64,000 nt of DNA, taken from Candidatus Alectryobacillus sp. Its GTDB lineage: Bacteria > Bacillota_I > Bacilli_A > RFN20 > CAG-826. The DNA lies in contig DAINNH010000001.1 in assembly GCA_036735985.1 (NCBI GenBank), positions 103,735 through 167,734 on the forward strand. Direction: 5' to 3'. This document shows positions 48,497 to 56,951 of the stretch, piece by piece. Numbering within the stretch: the stretch's first letter is position 1; each line of letters opens with the position of its first letter. The position numbers were made by a program, and so were the translations under genes. Under the pieces are notes generated by a model that did not search any database, was not told where the DNA came from, and saw only the letters and a program-made list of their open reading frames with translations.

Positions 48497-49113
48497 TTTT
48501 TAATTACCTCAATATAATTTTTATGAATTGCAATTTTTCCACTTTCTTCCATTTCATGTAACAAACGTGATAAGTTTTCGCGTGTTGTTGAAAGAAAATA
48601 AGCTAGATTAGCAATACTTTTAATAGTTAAGACTCCCTCATTCATATTTAATAACTCGTTTACACGATCTTCGAGATATGGAATCTGTAAAATAATTAAT
48701 CTCCTTTTATCTTGTAGTGTCGTGTCAGCGATAATGCGTAGATATTCATCTCTAATATTTTTATCATTTAAGAGAATGTCAAGATTTTGCCTAGTTATTT
48801 TGATTAATTTTGTTTTTTTACGTGCTACCACTGTTGCTCTATATTTATTTAAACTAGAAAAAATCAAATTATTTCCAAAAATTTCGTATTTGTCAAAGAT
48901 ATTGTAGACTAAATCAGAATTATTTATGACTGAAGTCATATAAACTTCGCCATCTAAAATAATGGAAACCTCATTACAAGGTTGTCCTTCATAGAATAAT
49001 ATTTCATTTTTCTTATATTCTTTAATCCAGGATTCTTTTATTCCAGATTTATTAATATAATCAAGTAATTTTTTAACTTTCATACAACAAACCGTGATAT
49101 TTATCACGCTCAT
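48493..49113 (-). CDS. Crp/Fnr-family transcriptional regulator
   Basis: An N-terminal cNMP-binding-like beta-roll (ILFYEGQPCNEVSIILDGEV) and a C-terminal HTH (IANLAYFLSTTRENLSRLLHEME). The start is ambiguous: 49113 or the ATG at 49083 (MKVKKLL). Confidence 0.8.
   Translation of the reverse strand: MSVINITVCCMKVKKLLDYINKSGIKESWIKEYKKNEILFYEGQPCNEVSIILDGEVYMTSVINNSDLVYNIFDKYEIFGNNLIFSSLNKYRATVVARKKTKLIKITRQNLDILLNDKNIRDEYLRIIADTTLQDKRRLIILQIPYLEDRVNELLNMNEGVLTIKSIANLAYFLSTTRENLSRLLHEMEESGKIAIHKNYIEVIKK
49092..49109. promoter_or_regulatory. CRP/FNR-type palindromic box CCGTGATATTTATCACGC
   Basis: The core GTGA-N6-TCAC lies in the divergent region between the Crp/Fnr gene and the lipoprotein gene. 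It is centred 41.5 nt upstream of the start predicted from TATACT (49130-49135). Confidence 0.5.
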
Positions 49114-49164
49114 TTATTATAACTTATATTATACTTTAATTGCAATTATAAAGGAGATTTAGGT

Positions 49165-50211
49165 ATGAAAAAGAATATAAGTCTATTATTGTTATTGTCA
49201 AGTTTTGTTTTAGTCTCTTGTGGAGGAACATCTTCAAGCAGTGAAACAACTAAACAGTCCACGGAAGAAAGCGTCACTACTACTGGTGACACTACACAAG
49301 TGGCTACCACAACACAATCAACAACAAGCGAACAACAAGTGGAGCCATCTATTGTATATCCTGCTGGAACACCAGCTTTAGGATTAGCGAATTATTTAGT
49401 TGATCATGTTGATTCATCAACAGTTGTCGATGCGAGCGGCCTTATTGCCGAATTTTCGAAAGGTGCAGAAGGCAGTGATATCATCGTAGCACCTGTTAAT
49501 GTTGGGGTAAAAATGTACAATACAAATGCTGCCTATAAGTTATTTAAAACATTTGTTTGGGGCAATTTATTTATTATTTCAAAAAATGCAAGTGTTAAAT
49601 CATTTGCTGATTTAGATGGCAAAAAAGTTGGATATTTCGGTACACAAACTGCTACGCCATACATTGTGACGACTGCTTTAATGAAAAATAAAAATATTAC
49701 TATTTCACTTGAAGCTGGTGCTTCGACGGTTTCGGAATTAACGCCATTATTTGTTAATGGAACTTATGATACTATTATTACTGCAGAACCCGTTTTATCT
49801 GGTTTAAAAATTAAAGGTGTTGTAAATGACAGTGTTACAATCATTGATTTACAGAATGAGTATAAGTTAATGAATGGAACAAATTCATATCCACAAGCCG
49901 GTATTTTTGTGAATTCTGAGTCTTACGGAAGTTACTTTAAAACTGCAGTTTTAGACAAGATGGTTGACGCAATTAATAAAGCCAATACAGATTCAACTAC
50001 AACCGCACAAAATGCTTTAAAATTATCTGTTTTTTCAACAAGTAATGAAGCTATTTTAACAAAAGCAATTCCTGGTTCAAATTTTAATATTATCACTGAT
50101 TATACAGTCGAAAAAACACAAATAGATTCCTATCTTGATATTTTAAGTAGCCAAAATTTAGGGAATACCTATGGGAATACAAAACCGTCAGAAGAATTCT
50201 ATATTCATTAA
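49165..50211 (+). CDS. substrate-binding lipoprotein (type-2 PBP, SsuA/TauA/ThiY-like)
   Basis: Lipobox LVSC plus a Ser/Thr linker. FADLDGKKVGYFGTQTATPYIVTTAL is typical of the NMT1/SsuA-like fold. Family assignment is tentative. Confidence 0.6.
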   Translation: MKKNISLLLLLSSFVLVSCGGTSSSSETTKQSTEESVTTTGDTTQVATTTQSTTSEQQVEPSIVYPAGTPALGLANYLVDHVDSSTVVDASGLIAEFSKGAEGSDIIVAPVNVGVKMYNTNAAYKLFKTFVWGNLFIISKNASVKSFADLDGKKVGYFGTQTATPYIVTTALMKNKNITISLEAGASTVSELTPLFVNGTYDTIITAEPVLSGLKIKGVVNDSVTIIDLQNEYKLMNGTNSYPQAGIFVNSESYGSYFKTAVLDKMVDAINKANTDSTTTAQNALKLSVFSTSNEAILTKAIPGSNFNIITDYTVEKTQIDSYLDILSSQNLGNTYGNTKPSEEFYIH

Positions 50212-50950
50212 TTATTTTCTCTTTAGTTTAGGAATTGCAGTGTTTTTTGTTATATATTTTGCAATATCCTATTCTAAAAAAGATAGTTCAATGGCCTTTG
50301 TCTTTCCTGGATGGGGAGAGATATTTTCAAGCATTGGTTCAATCTTAACGAATAAGACATCTTTAATATCTTTGGGATGGTCTTTTTTAAGAATTATCGT
50401 TATGATTATAACTTCATTCGTTTTATCAAACTTAATATCATTTATTTATGTTTGTTATAAACCATCTATTAATTTTTTAAAACCTTTTATATTTTTTATA
50501 AAAACAGCTCCTATTGCTGCCATTTCTATTTATTTATGGTTATCAGTTGGCTCAGAGGGTGCTCCATATATTGTGGGTGGAATGGTAATATTTCCATTAA
50601 TGCTAGAAGCTGACTTAACCTCTATTGATAATATTGATAAAAATATTTTAGACGAACTAAAAATTAGTGGTGCTAATAAATTTGAACAATTTATTAAAAT
50701 ATATTTACCTATTACTGCTCCCTACCAAGTGATGTCTATTTTGCAAGGTTTCGGATTAGGTTTTAAAGTTGGTATAATGTCCGAATATTTAGTTTATACA
50801 AAAAATAGCGTAGGATCTTTATTACATAATTATTTTGATAATTTTCAAGTAGCATATCTTTTAGGTATGGTTTTTATCATTGTTGTAATTGTTTTGATTA
50901 TAGATGGAATTATGCAATTATATAAAAAACATCTAGAAAAATCCCTATAA
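50171..50950 (+). CDS. ABC transporter permease (TauC/SsuC/ThiX-like)
   Basis: EAA loop LDELKISGANKFEQFIKIYLPITAPY. 6 TMs. It overlaps the binding-protein gene by 41 nt. Confidence 0.75.
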   Translation: MGIQNRQKNSIFINYFLFSLGIAVFFVIYFAISYSKKDSSMAFVFPGWGEIFSSIGSILTNKTSLISLGWSFLRIIVMIITSFVLSNLISFIYVCYKPSINFLKPFIFFIKTAPIAAISIYLWLSVGSEGAPYIVGGMVIFPLMLEADLTSIDNIDKNILDELKISGANKFEQFIKIYLPITAPYQVMSILQGFGLGFKVGIMSEYLVYTKNSVGSLLHNYFDNFQVAYLLGMVFIIVVIVLIIDGIMQLYKKHLEKSL

Positions 50951-50979
50951 ATCGTAATTTTATTAGTTATAATATAAGT

Positions 50980-51711
50980 ATGGATTTAGAATATAAGTCT
51001 TATACTTTTACGACTTTTATCACGCAACAAGATGAAAATGGTTATTTACGACCATTTGGTATTTTAGATTTGTTTCAACAAGCGGCGACACTTCATACTG
51101 ATGATGTAGGGTTTAGCGCCAACGAACTATTTAAAAGTAATTTAATATGGGTAGTTTCAAAGAATAGACTTGAAATAATTGAGAATTGCAGGGATATTAG
51201 AAATTGTGTTGTTGAAACATGGCCTAATAATATTTCTAAACTTTCGCTCAATCGTAATTATGTTTTAAAAAGTATAGATGGAAAGATTATTGCAAAAGGC
51301 GTTTCGCAATGGTGCGTTCTTAATCTTAAAAACATGTTTTTAGCACCACTTCCTCCAAATCTTTTCAATAAAGTTCTTTGTAATGAAAATGCTTTTAATG
51401 ATGGTTTTTTGCGGATAGCAACTTATAAAAAAGAAGAACTTACTTTTTGCAAAAATATTGAGGTTTTGCACAGTTTTTATGATAAGGATCATCATGTTAA
51501 CAACGCTCATTATTTAGATTGGATTTATGACTCTATTGATATTAGTGAAATTCCTAATTGTTCAATCCAAATAGATTACGTCAACCAAACCTTCTTAAAT
51601 GATATAATAGGGATATACAAGAAGAGAATTAGTGAATATACATATTATTTTGCTGGTTATAGCAAGGAAAAACTTTGCTTTAAATGCATTTTGGAGGTTA
51701 AACATGGTTAA
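50980..51711 (+). CDS. acyl-ACP thioesterase
   Basis: A double hot-dog layout: N-terminal YLRPFGILDLFQQAATLHTDDVGF...IWVVSKNRLEI...ETWP and a second half with HVNNAHYLDWIYD. Confidence 0.7.
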   Translation: MDLEYKSYTFTTFITQQDENGYLRPFGILDLFQQAATLHTDDVGFSANELFKSNLIWVVSKNRLEIIENCRDIRNCVVETWPNNISKLSLNRNYVLKSIDGKIIAKGVSQWCVLNLKNMFLAPLPPNLFNKVLCNENAFNDGFLRIATYKKEELTFCKNIEVLHSFYDKDHHVNNAHYLDWIYDSIDISEIPNCSIQIDYVNQTFLNDIIGIYKKRISEYTYYFAGYSKEKLCFKCILEVKHG

Positions 51712-52117
51712 ATTAAATTATGTTAAGAAAATTAAATCTGGTTTAAACAAAAGCAATAAGAAAATTGTTACTTTAAAAGAGCTGTCTCTAAGAAGCAATC
51801 TTAAAGAGGATATTATTCTTGATTGTGTTAGTGAATTTGAGCCAATGATTAGAATGTATGATAGTTATAATTATCGCAATATCGAGCAAAAAGTTAATGA
51901 ATACATTTCTGACCAGACAATCAAAACTCCAAAAATAGTCAAGAAACGCAACGTTAATTTAAACAAAGACAATTATAATGGTGTTTTTGATTTTATTTCA
52001 AAGAAAATGGTGTTGCCAGGTGGTATAATCGATAAAGCATACGTTTTTAATGATCAAGATTTAAAGACTCTAAAAAAATTGGTTAATGCTGAAATTAAGA
52101 AAAGGAAAGAAAATTAG
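51704..52117 (+). CDS. small basic protein of unknown function
   Basis: GGAGG lies 7 nt upstream of the ATG at 51704. It overlaps the thioesterase stop by 8 nt. 137 aa, Lys-rich. I recognise no family. Confidence 0.55.
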   Translation: MVKLNYVKKIKSGLNKSNKKIVTLKELSLRSNLKEDIILDCVSEFEPMIRMYDSYNYRNIEQKVNEYISDQTIKTPKIVKKRNVNLNKDNYNGVFDFISKKMVLPGGIIDKAYVFNDQDLKTLKKLVNAEIKKRKEN

Positions 52118-52120
52118 TTT

Positions 52121-53005
52121 ATGAAAAAAATAAAGAAAGCTGTTATTCCGGCCGCTGGACTTGGAACAAGATTTTTGCCAATTACAAAGACTCTTGCTAA
52201 AGAAATGCTCCCGATAATCGACTGTCCAAATCTTCAATATATTATTGAAGAATGTGTTAAGTGTGGCATTGAAGAAGTTATTTTAATTGTTTCAAAAGAA
52301 AAACCCGAAATAAAAGATTATTTTTCACGTTATATCAAATTAGAAAATCATCTTAAAAAGACTGGGAAGACTGAAGAGGCTGAATTAATTAAAAATGTTG
52401 GCGAAATGATAAAGATAAGTTTTGTCACTCAAGAAAAGCCGCTTGGATTAGGCAATGCTATTTTATGTGCTCGCGATGCGATAAATGGTGAAGATTTTGC
52501 TTTAATTCTCGGTGATGACTTGGTTTATAATCCTAAAAACCCTGCTATAGGTCAATTAATTGAAAAATATGAGGCTACGGGAAACTCCATTATTGGTGTT
52601 CAAGAAGTTGCACATGATCAAGTTTCAAAGTATGGTGTTATTGATACTGGCAAGAAAAAAGGTTCTAATTGTTTCGTGATTAATGGCTTTGTTGAAAAAC
52701 CAAAAATTGAAGAAGCTCCAAGTGATTATGCTATTTTAGGACGTTATGTTCTAAAAAATTCTATTTTTAATGAATTAGCCACAATTAAGAAAGATAAAAA
52801 AGGCGAGTACCAGTTAACTGATGCCCTCTCTCAACTTTTAAAGAAAGAAGAGATAGATGGCTTGGTTTTTAAAGGTGATAGATATGATATTGGTGATAAA
52901 TTAGGTTATATTAAAGCAATTATTGATTATTCACTAAAAAGATCTGAACTTCGTGAACCAGTTTTAAAATATCTTGAAGAAGTTATAAAGAGAGAAGAAA
53001 AATAA
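52121..53005 (+). CDS. galU: UTP--glucose-1-phosphate uridylyltransferase
   Basis: KAVIPAAGLGTRFLPITKTLAKEMLPIIDCP, GLGNAILCA and VEKP are GalU signatures. Confidence 0.92.
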   Translation: MKKIKKAVIPAAGLGTRFLPITKTLAKEMLPIIDCPNLQYIIEECVKCGIEEVILIVSKEKPEIKDYFSRYIKLENHLKKTGKTEEAELIKNVGEMIKISFVTQEKPLGLGNAILCARDAINGEDFALILGDDLVYNPKNPAIGQLIEKYEATGNSIIGVQEVAHDQVSKYGVIDTGKKKGSNCFVINGFVEKPKIEEAPSDYAILGRYVLKNSIFNELATIKKDKKGEYQLTDALSQLLKKEEIDGLVFKGDRYDIGDKLGYIKAIIDYSLKRSELREPVLKYLEEVIKREEK

Positions 53006-53012
53006 GAAAATT

Positions 53013-53037
53013 GCGTGATAAATATCACGCTTTTTTT
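53013..53037 (+). terminator. rho-independent terminator after galU, whose stem is also a CRP-type box
   Basis: GCGTGATA-aa-TATCACGC followed by T7. It is 17/18 identical to the reverse complement of the box at 49092-49109. Confidence 0.8.
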
Positions 53038-53105
53038 ATTATTTTTTATTTAAATAATAAACAAATAGTTGAATATTTCTATGAAATATTCTTTTTTATA
53101 TTTAA

Positions 53106-53134
53106 TTGAGTTTTGGCGATAAATTATCTATACT
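53106..53134 (+). promoter_or_regulatory. sigma-A type promoter of the PFOR gene
   Basis: TTGAGT (53106-53111), a 17-nt spacer, then TATACT (53129-53134). AAGGAGA RBS precedes the ATG at 53162. Confidence 0.6.
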
Positions 53135-53161
53135 ATTATTGTTGTAAGGAGAATTATAAAA

Positions 53162-56100
53162 ATGTCAGAAATTAAAAAGACTATGTTGTCGGTTGATGGC
53201 AATACAGCGGCTGCTCTTGAAAGTTATAATTTCACTGAAGTTGCTGGTATTTACCCTATTACCCCATCATCTCCAATGGCTGAACTTGTTGATCTTTATG
53301 CATCACAAGGCAAACTTAACTTCTTTGGAGGTAAAGTTAAAGTCGTTGAAATGCAATCAGAAGCAGGCGCTTCAGGTACCGTTCATGGTGCTCTTCAAGG
53401 TGGATCTTTAGCTACTACTTATACAGCAAGCCAAGGTTTACTTTTAATGATTCCAAATATTTATAAATGGTGTGGCGAACTTTTACCAGCAGTAATGCAT
53501 GTTTCTGCTCGTAGTTTAGCTACAAGAGCATTATCTATTTTTGGTGATCAAGCCGATATTTATGCTATTAGACAAACTGGTATTGCCATGATTTGTTCAC
53601 ATAGTGTCCAAGAAATCGCTGATTTAGCAAGTGTTGCTCACTTAATTGCAATTGATGCATCAACACCTGTTTGCCATTTCTTCGATGGTTTTAGAACTTC
53701 ACACGAAGTCCAAAACGTTGAATTTGTTGATAATGAAGAATGGAAGAAACTTCTTCCAATGGACAAAGTTGTAGAGTTTAGAGCTCGCGCTTTAAATCCA
53801 CATACCCATCCAGTAACACGTGGTGGTGCCGAAAATGATGATATTTATTTCCAAGGCCGTGAAGCCCAAAACCTTCACAACGATCATGTTGTTGAAGTTG
53901 CGGTTAAATATTTTAAAGAAGCCACTCGTTTAACAGGTCGTCCATATGCTCCATTTGTTTATTATGGTGCTCCAGATGCTGAAAAAATTATCATTGCCAT
54001 GGGCAGTGTTACTGAAACAGCGACCGAAGTCATTGATGATTTAACAAAGAAGGGTGAAAAAGTTGGTATGGTAAAGGTTCACCTTTATCGTCCATTCTCA
54101 TCTGAATATTTGTCTGAAGCTATTCCAGCAAGTGTTAAGAAAATTGCTGTTTTAGATCGTACAAAGGAACCTGGCGCTAACGGCGAACCTCTTTATCTTG
54201 ATGTCGTTGCTGCTTTAACACAAGTTGGTCGTAAAATTAAAGTTTATGGTGGTAGATATGGCTTATCAAGCAAAGATACATCGCCAAAAGATGTTAAGTC
54301 CGTGTTTGATTTCTTAGATCACAAACCACATCATAACTTTACAGTTGGCATTAATGATGATGTTACCCATCTTTCAATTAAGATTGATAACACATACGCA
54401 ATCCCAGCTTATTATAAATCTTGTTTATTCTATGGTTTAGGCAGTGATGGTACAGTTAGTGCTAATAAATCTTCTATTAAGATTATTGGTGATGCTACCC
54501 ATCAATATGCTCAAGCTTATTTCCAATATGATTCACGTAAAGCCGGTGGTGTTACAAGATCTCACTTAAGATTTGGTAGTAAACCAATTCATTCGACTTA
54601 TTATGTGCAAAATGCTGACTTTATTTCTTGCTCTCTAGATACATATATTGTCAAATTTGACATGCTTAACGCTATTAAAGATGGTGGAACATTCCTTCTT
54701 AATACAGATATGAGCAATGAAGAACTCATTAAAGTAATGCCAAATAGAATGAAATATTTATTAGCCACAAAGCATGTAAAATTCTATGTTATTGATGCTA
54801 ATAAGATTGCTCAAAGTATTGGTATGGGAAGACATACAAATACAACTCTTCAAGCTTCTTTCTTCTATCTCAATCAAGAGATTATGCCTTATGAGGATGC
54901 TCAACATTGGATGAAGAAGTTTGCTGAAAAGTCTTATGCCAAGAAAGGCCAAGCTATGGTCGATATGAACTATAAAGCAATCGATGCTGGCGCAGAAGGT
55001 CTTAGACAAGTTAGTGTTGATCCAGAATGGGCAAAACTTTCTCCTAAGAGAAAGATTGAAAAAACTGGTGATTCTTATTTCGATGATTATGTTAATAGAA
55101 TCGGTGCTTTGAATGGTGATGATATTCCAGTTAGTGAATTCCAGAAGTTTGAACTTCTTGATGGCACAATGGAAAATAATGTTACATTCCAAGAAAAGAG
55201 ATCTATCGCGGATATGGTTCCTGTTTGGCATAAAGAAAGATGTATTCAATGCAACACTTGTGCTTTTGTTTGCCCACATGCTACTATTCGTCCATTCTTA
55301 TTAAGTGAAGAAGAAGTTGCTAATGCTCCAAAGATCATGAAGAAAGATGTCGCTAAAGCTATTGGTGGACCAAACGTTGCTGGATTAAGCTTCCGTATTC
55401 AAGTCTCACCACGTAACTGTGTTGGCTGCTCACTTTGTGCAACTGAATGTTTAGCTAATAAAGCCGCTAAGAAGAAACTTGCTCCAGGTGAAAAGCTTAC
55501 TGGTGATATGATGGCTCTTGAAATGGTTGAAGCTAAATCACAATTCCCACAAGAAGAAGCTGCTGATTACTTATTTAAACATGTTGCCTATAAGAGCGAT
55601 AAGTTCCCAGTTACAACTGTTAAAGGTGCTGGATTCTTAATGCCTTATATGGAAATCTCCGGTGCTTGCGCTGGTTGTGGTGAAACTCCATACTATCGCT
55701 TAGTATCACAATTATTCGGTCGTGATATGTTAGTAGCTAATGCTACTGGTTGTTCTTCAATTTATAGTGGTTCTACTCCATTAACCCCATTTGTTAAAGA
55801 TAAAAATGGTGAAGGTGTTGCTTGGGCTAACTCCTTATTTGAAGATAATGCTGAATTTGGTTATGGTATGCGTGTTGCCACAAATCAAAAACTCTTAATG
55901 ATTTCTGAAATTCTTAATAAAGCGCTTAGTGCTGAAGATGTTACTCCAGAACTTAAAGAAGTTATTAGAAATTATCTTGCTAATATTAAGAATAAAGATG
56001 AATCTCGTAAGATTGTTCCAAATCTTGTTAAATTAGTTAAGGAATCTGCTAACGCTGATGTTAAAGGCGTCTTAGCTTACGAAAGAGATTTAGTTGATAA

Positions 56101-56746
56101 ATCTGTATGGATCATCGGTGGTGATGGTTGGTCTTATGATATTGGATACGGCGGCTTAGATCATGTTCTTGCAAGTGAAGATGATGTTAATGTTCTCGTT
56201 CTTGATACCGAAGTCTACTCTAACACTGGCGGTCAATCTTCAAAGTCTTCACAAACTGGTAGTATTGCTAAATTTACTGCAAGTGGTAAGACTCAAGCCA
56301 AGAAGAACCTTGCTTTAATGGCAATGGCTTATGGTACTGTTTATGTGGCTCAAATCTCCTTAGGTGCGAACCCAATGGCAGCTATTAAAGCTCTTAAAGA
56401 AGCCGAATCTTATGATGGACCATCCCTTATTCTCTGTTATGCACCATGTGCTAACCACGGTATTAAGGGCGGATTATCCAACTCAATTGAGGTCGAAAGA
56501 CGTGCCGTTGCAAGTGGATACTTCCCAATCTTCAGATATGATCCACGTAACGCGGCCTTAGGTAAACCAGGCTTAACACTTGATTGTGCTGAACCAGACT
56601 TTACATTATTTAGACCATTCGTTATGGGCGAAACAAGATTCTCACAACTTCCAGTTGTTAACCCAGCACATGCTGAAGAATTACTCACTAAGAGTGAAAA
56701 TTGTGCTAAGTTAAGATGGGAAAGAATTAAGAAATTTGGCTTATAA
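53162..56746 (+). CDS. nifJ: pyruvate:ferredoxin (flavodoxin) oxidoreductase, single-chain
   Basis: 1194 aa. DGNTAAA...YPITPSSPM N-terminus, 2x4Fe-4S CIQCNTCAFVCPH / CVGCSLCATEC, and a TPP domain GGDGWSYDIGYGGLDH. Confidence 0.95.
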   Translation: MSEIKKTMLSVDGNTAAALESYNFTEVAGIYPITPSSPMAELVDLYASQGKLNFFGGKVKVVEMQSEAGASGTVHGALQGGSLATTYTASQGLLLMIPNIYKWCGELLPAVMHVSARSLATRALSIFGDQADIYAIRQTGIAMICSHSVQEIADLASVAHLIAIDASTPVCHFFDGFRTSHEVQNVEFVDNEEWKKLLPMDKVVEFRARALNPHTHPVTRGGAENDDIYFQGREAQNLHNDHVVEVAVKYFKEATRLTGRPYAPFVYYGAPDAEKIIIAMGSVTETATEVIDDLTKKGEKVGMVKVHLYRPFSSEYLSEAIPASVKKIAVLDRTKEPGANGEPLYLDVVAALTQVGRKIKVYGGRYGLSSKDTSPKDVKSVFDFLDHKPHHNFTVGINDDVTHLSIKIDNTYAIPAYYKSCLFYGLGSDGTVSANKSSIKIIGDATHQYAQAYFQYDSRKAGGVTRSHLRFGSKPIHSTYYVQNADFISCSLDTYIVKFDMLNAIKDGGTFLLNTDMSNEELIKVMPNRMKYLLATKHVKFYVIDANKIAQSIGMGRHTNTTLQASFFYLNQEIMPYEDAQHWMKKFAEKSYAKKGQAMVDMNYKAIDAGAEGLRQVSVDPEWAKLSPKRKIEKTGDSYFDDYVNRIGALNGDDIPVSEFQKFELLDGTMENNVTFQEKRSIADMVPVWHKERCIQCNTCAFVCPHATIRPFLLSEEEVANAPKIMKKDVAKAIGGPNVAGLSFRIQVSPRNCVGCSLCATECLANKAAKKKLAPGEKLTGDMMALEMVEAKSQFPQEEAADYLFKHVAYKSDKFPVTTVKGAGFLMPYMEISGACAGCGETPYYRLVSQLFGRDMLVANATGCSSIYSGSTPLTPFVKDKNGEGVAWANSLFEDNAEFGYGMRVATNQKLLMISEILNKALSAEDVTPELKEVIRNYLANIKNKDESRKIVPNLVKLVKESANADVKGVLAYERDLVDKSVWIIGGDGWSYDIGYGGLDHVLASEDDVNVLVLDTEVYSNTGGQSSKSSQTGSIAKFTASGKTQAKKNLALMAMAYGTVYVAQISLGANPMAAIKALKEAESYDGPSLILCYAPCANHGIKGGLSNSIEVERRAVASGYFPIFRYDPRNAALGKPGLTLDCAEPDFTLFRPFVMGETRFSQLPVVNPAHAEELLTKSENCAKLRWERIKKFGL

Positions 56747-56771
56747 TTTTCTTAATTAGTATTTAAATTTT

Positions 56772-56803
56772 AAAGGTGGTGCCTTCAATGGCACCACCTT
56801 TTA
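56772..56803 (+). terminator. rho-independent terminator after nifJ
   Basis: AAGGTGGTGCC-ttcaat-GGCACCACCTT followed by TT. Confidence 0.8.
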
Positions 56804-56951
56804 TAAACTCGAAAATCTCAACAAAAACACATTATTTTTATAAAATATTTATATTATTTGGGAATTTTTGACCCCAAAAATATAGCAGTTCACTTTTAAA
56901 TGAGACAAAATGGGTCAAAAATTCTATAATAATTTTAGGAGAAATTAAAAG

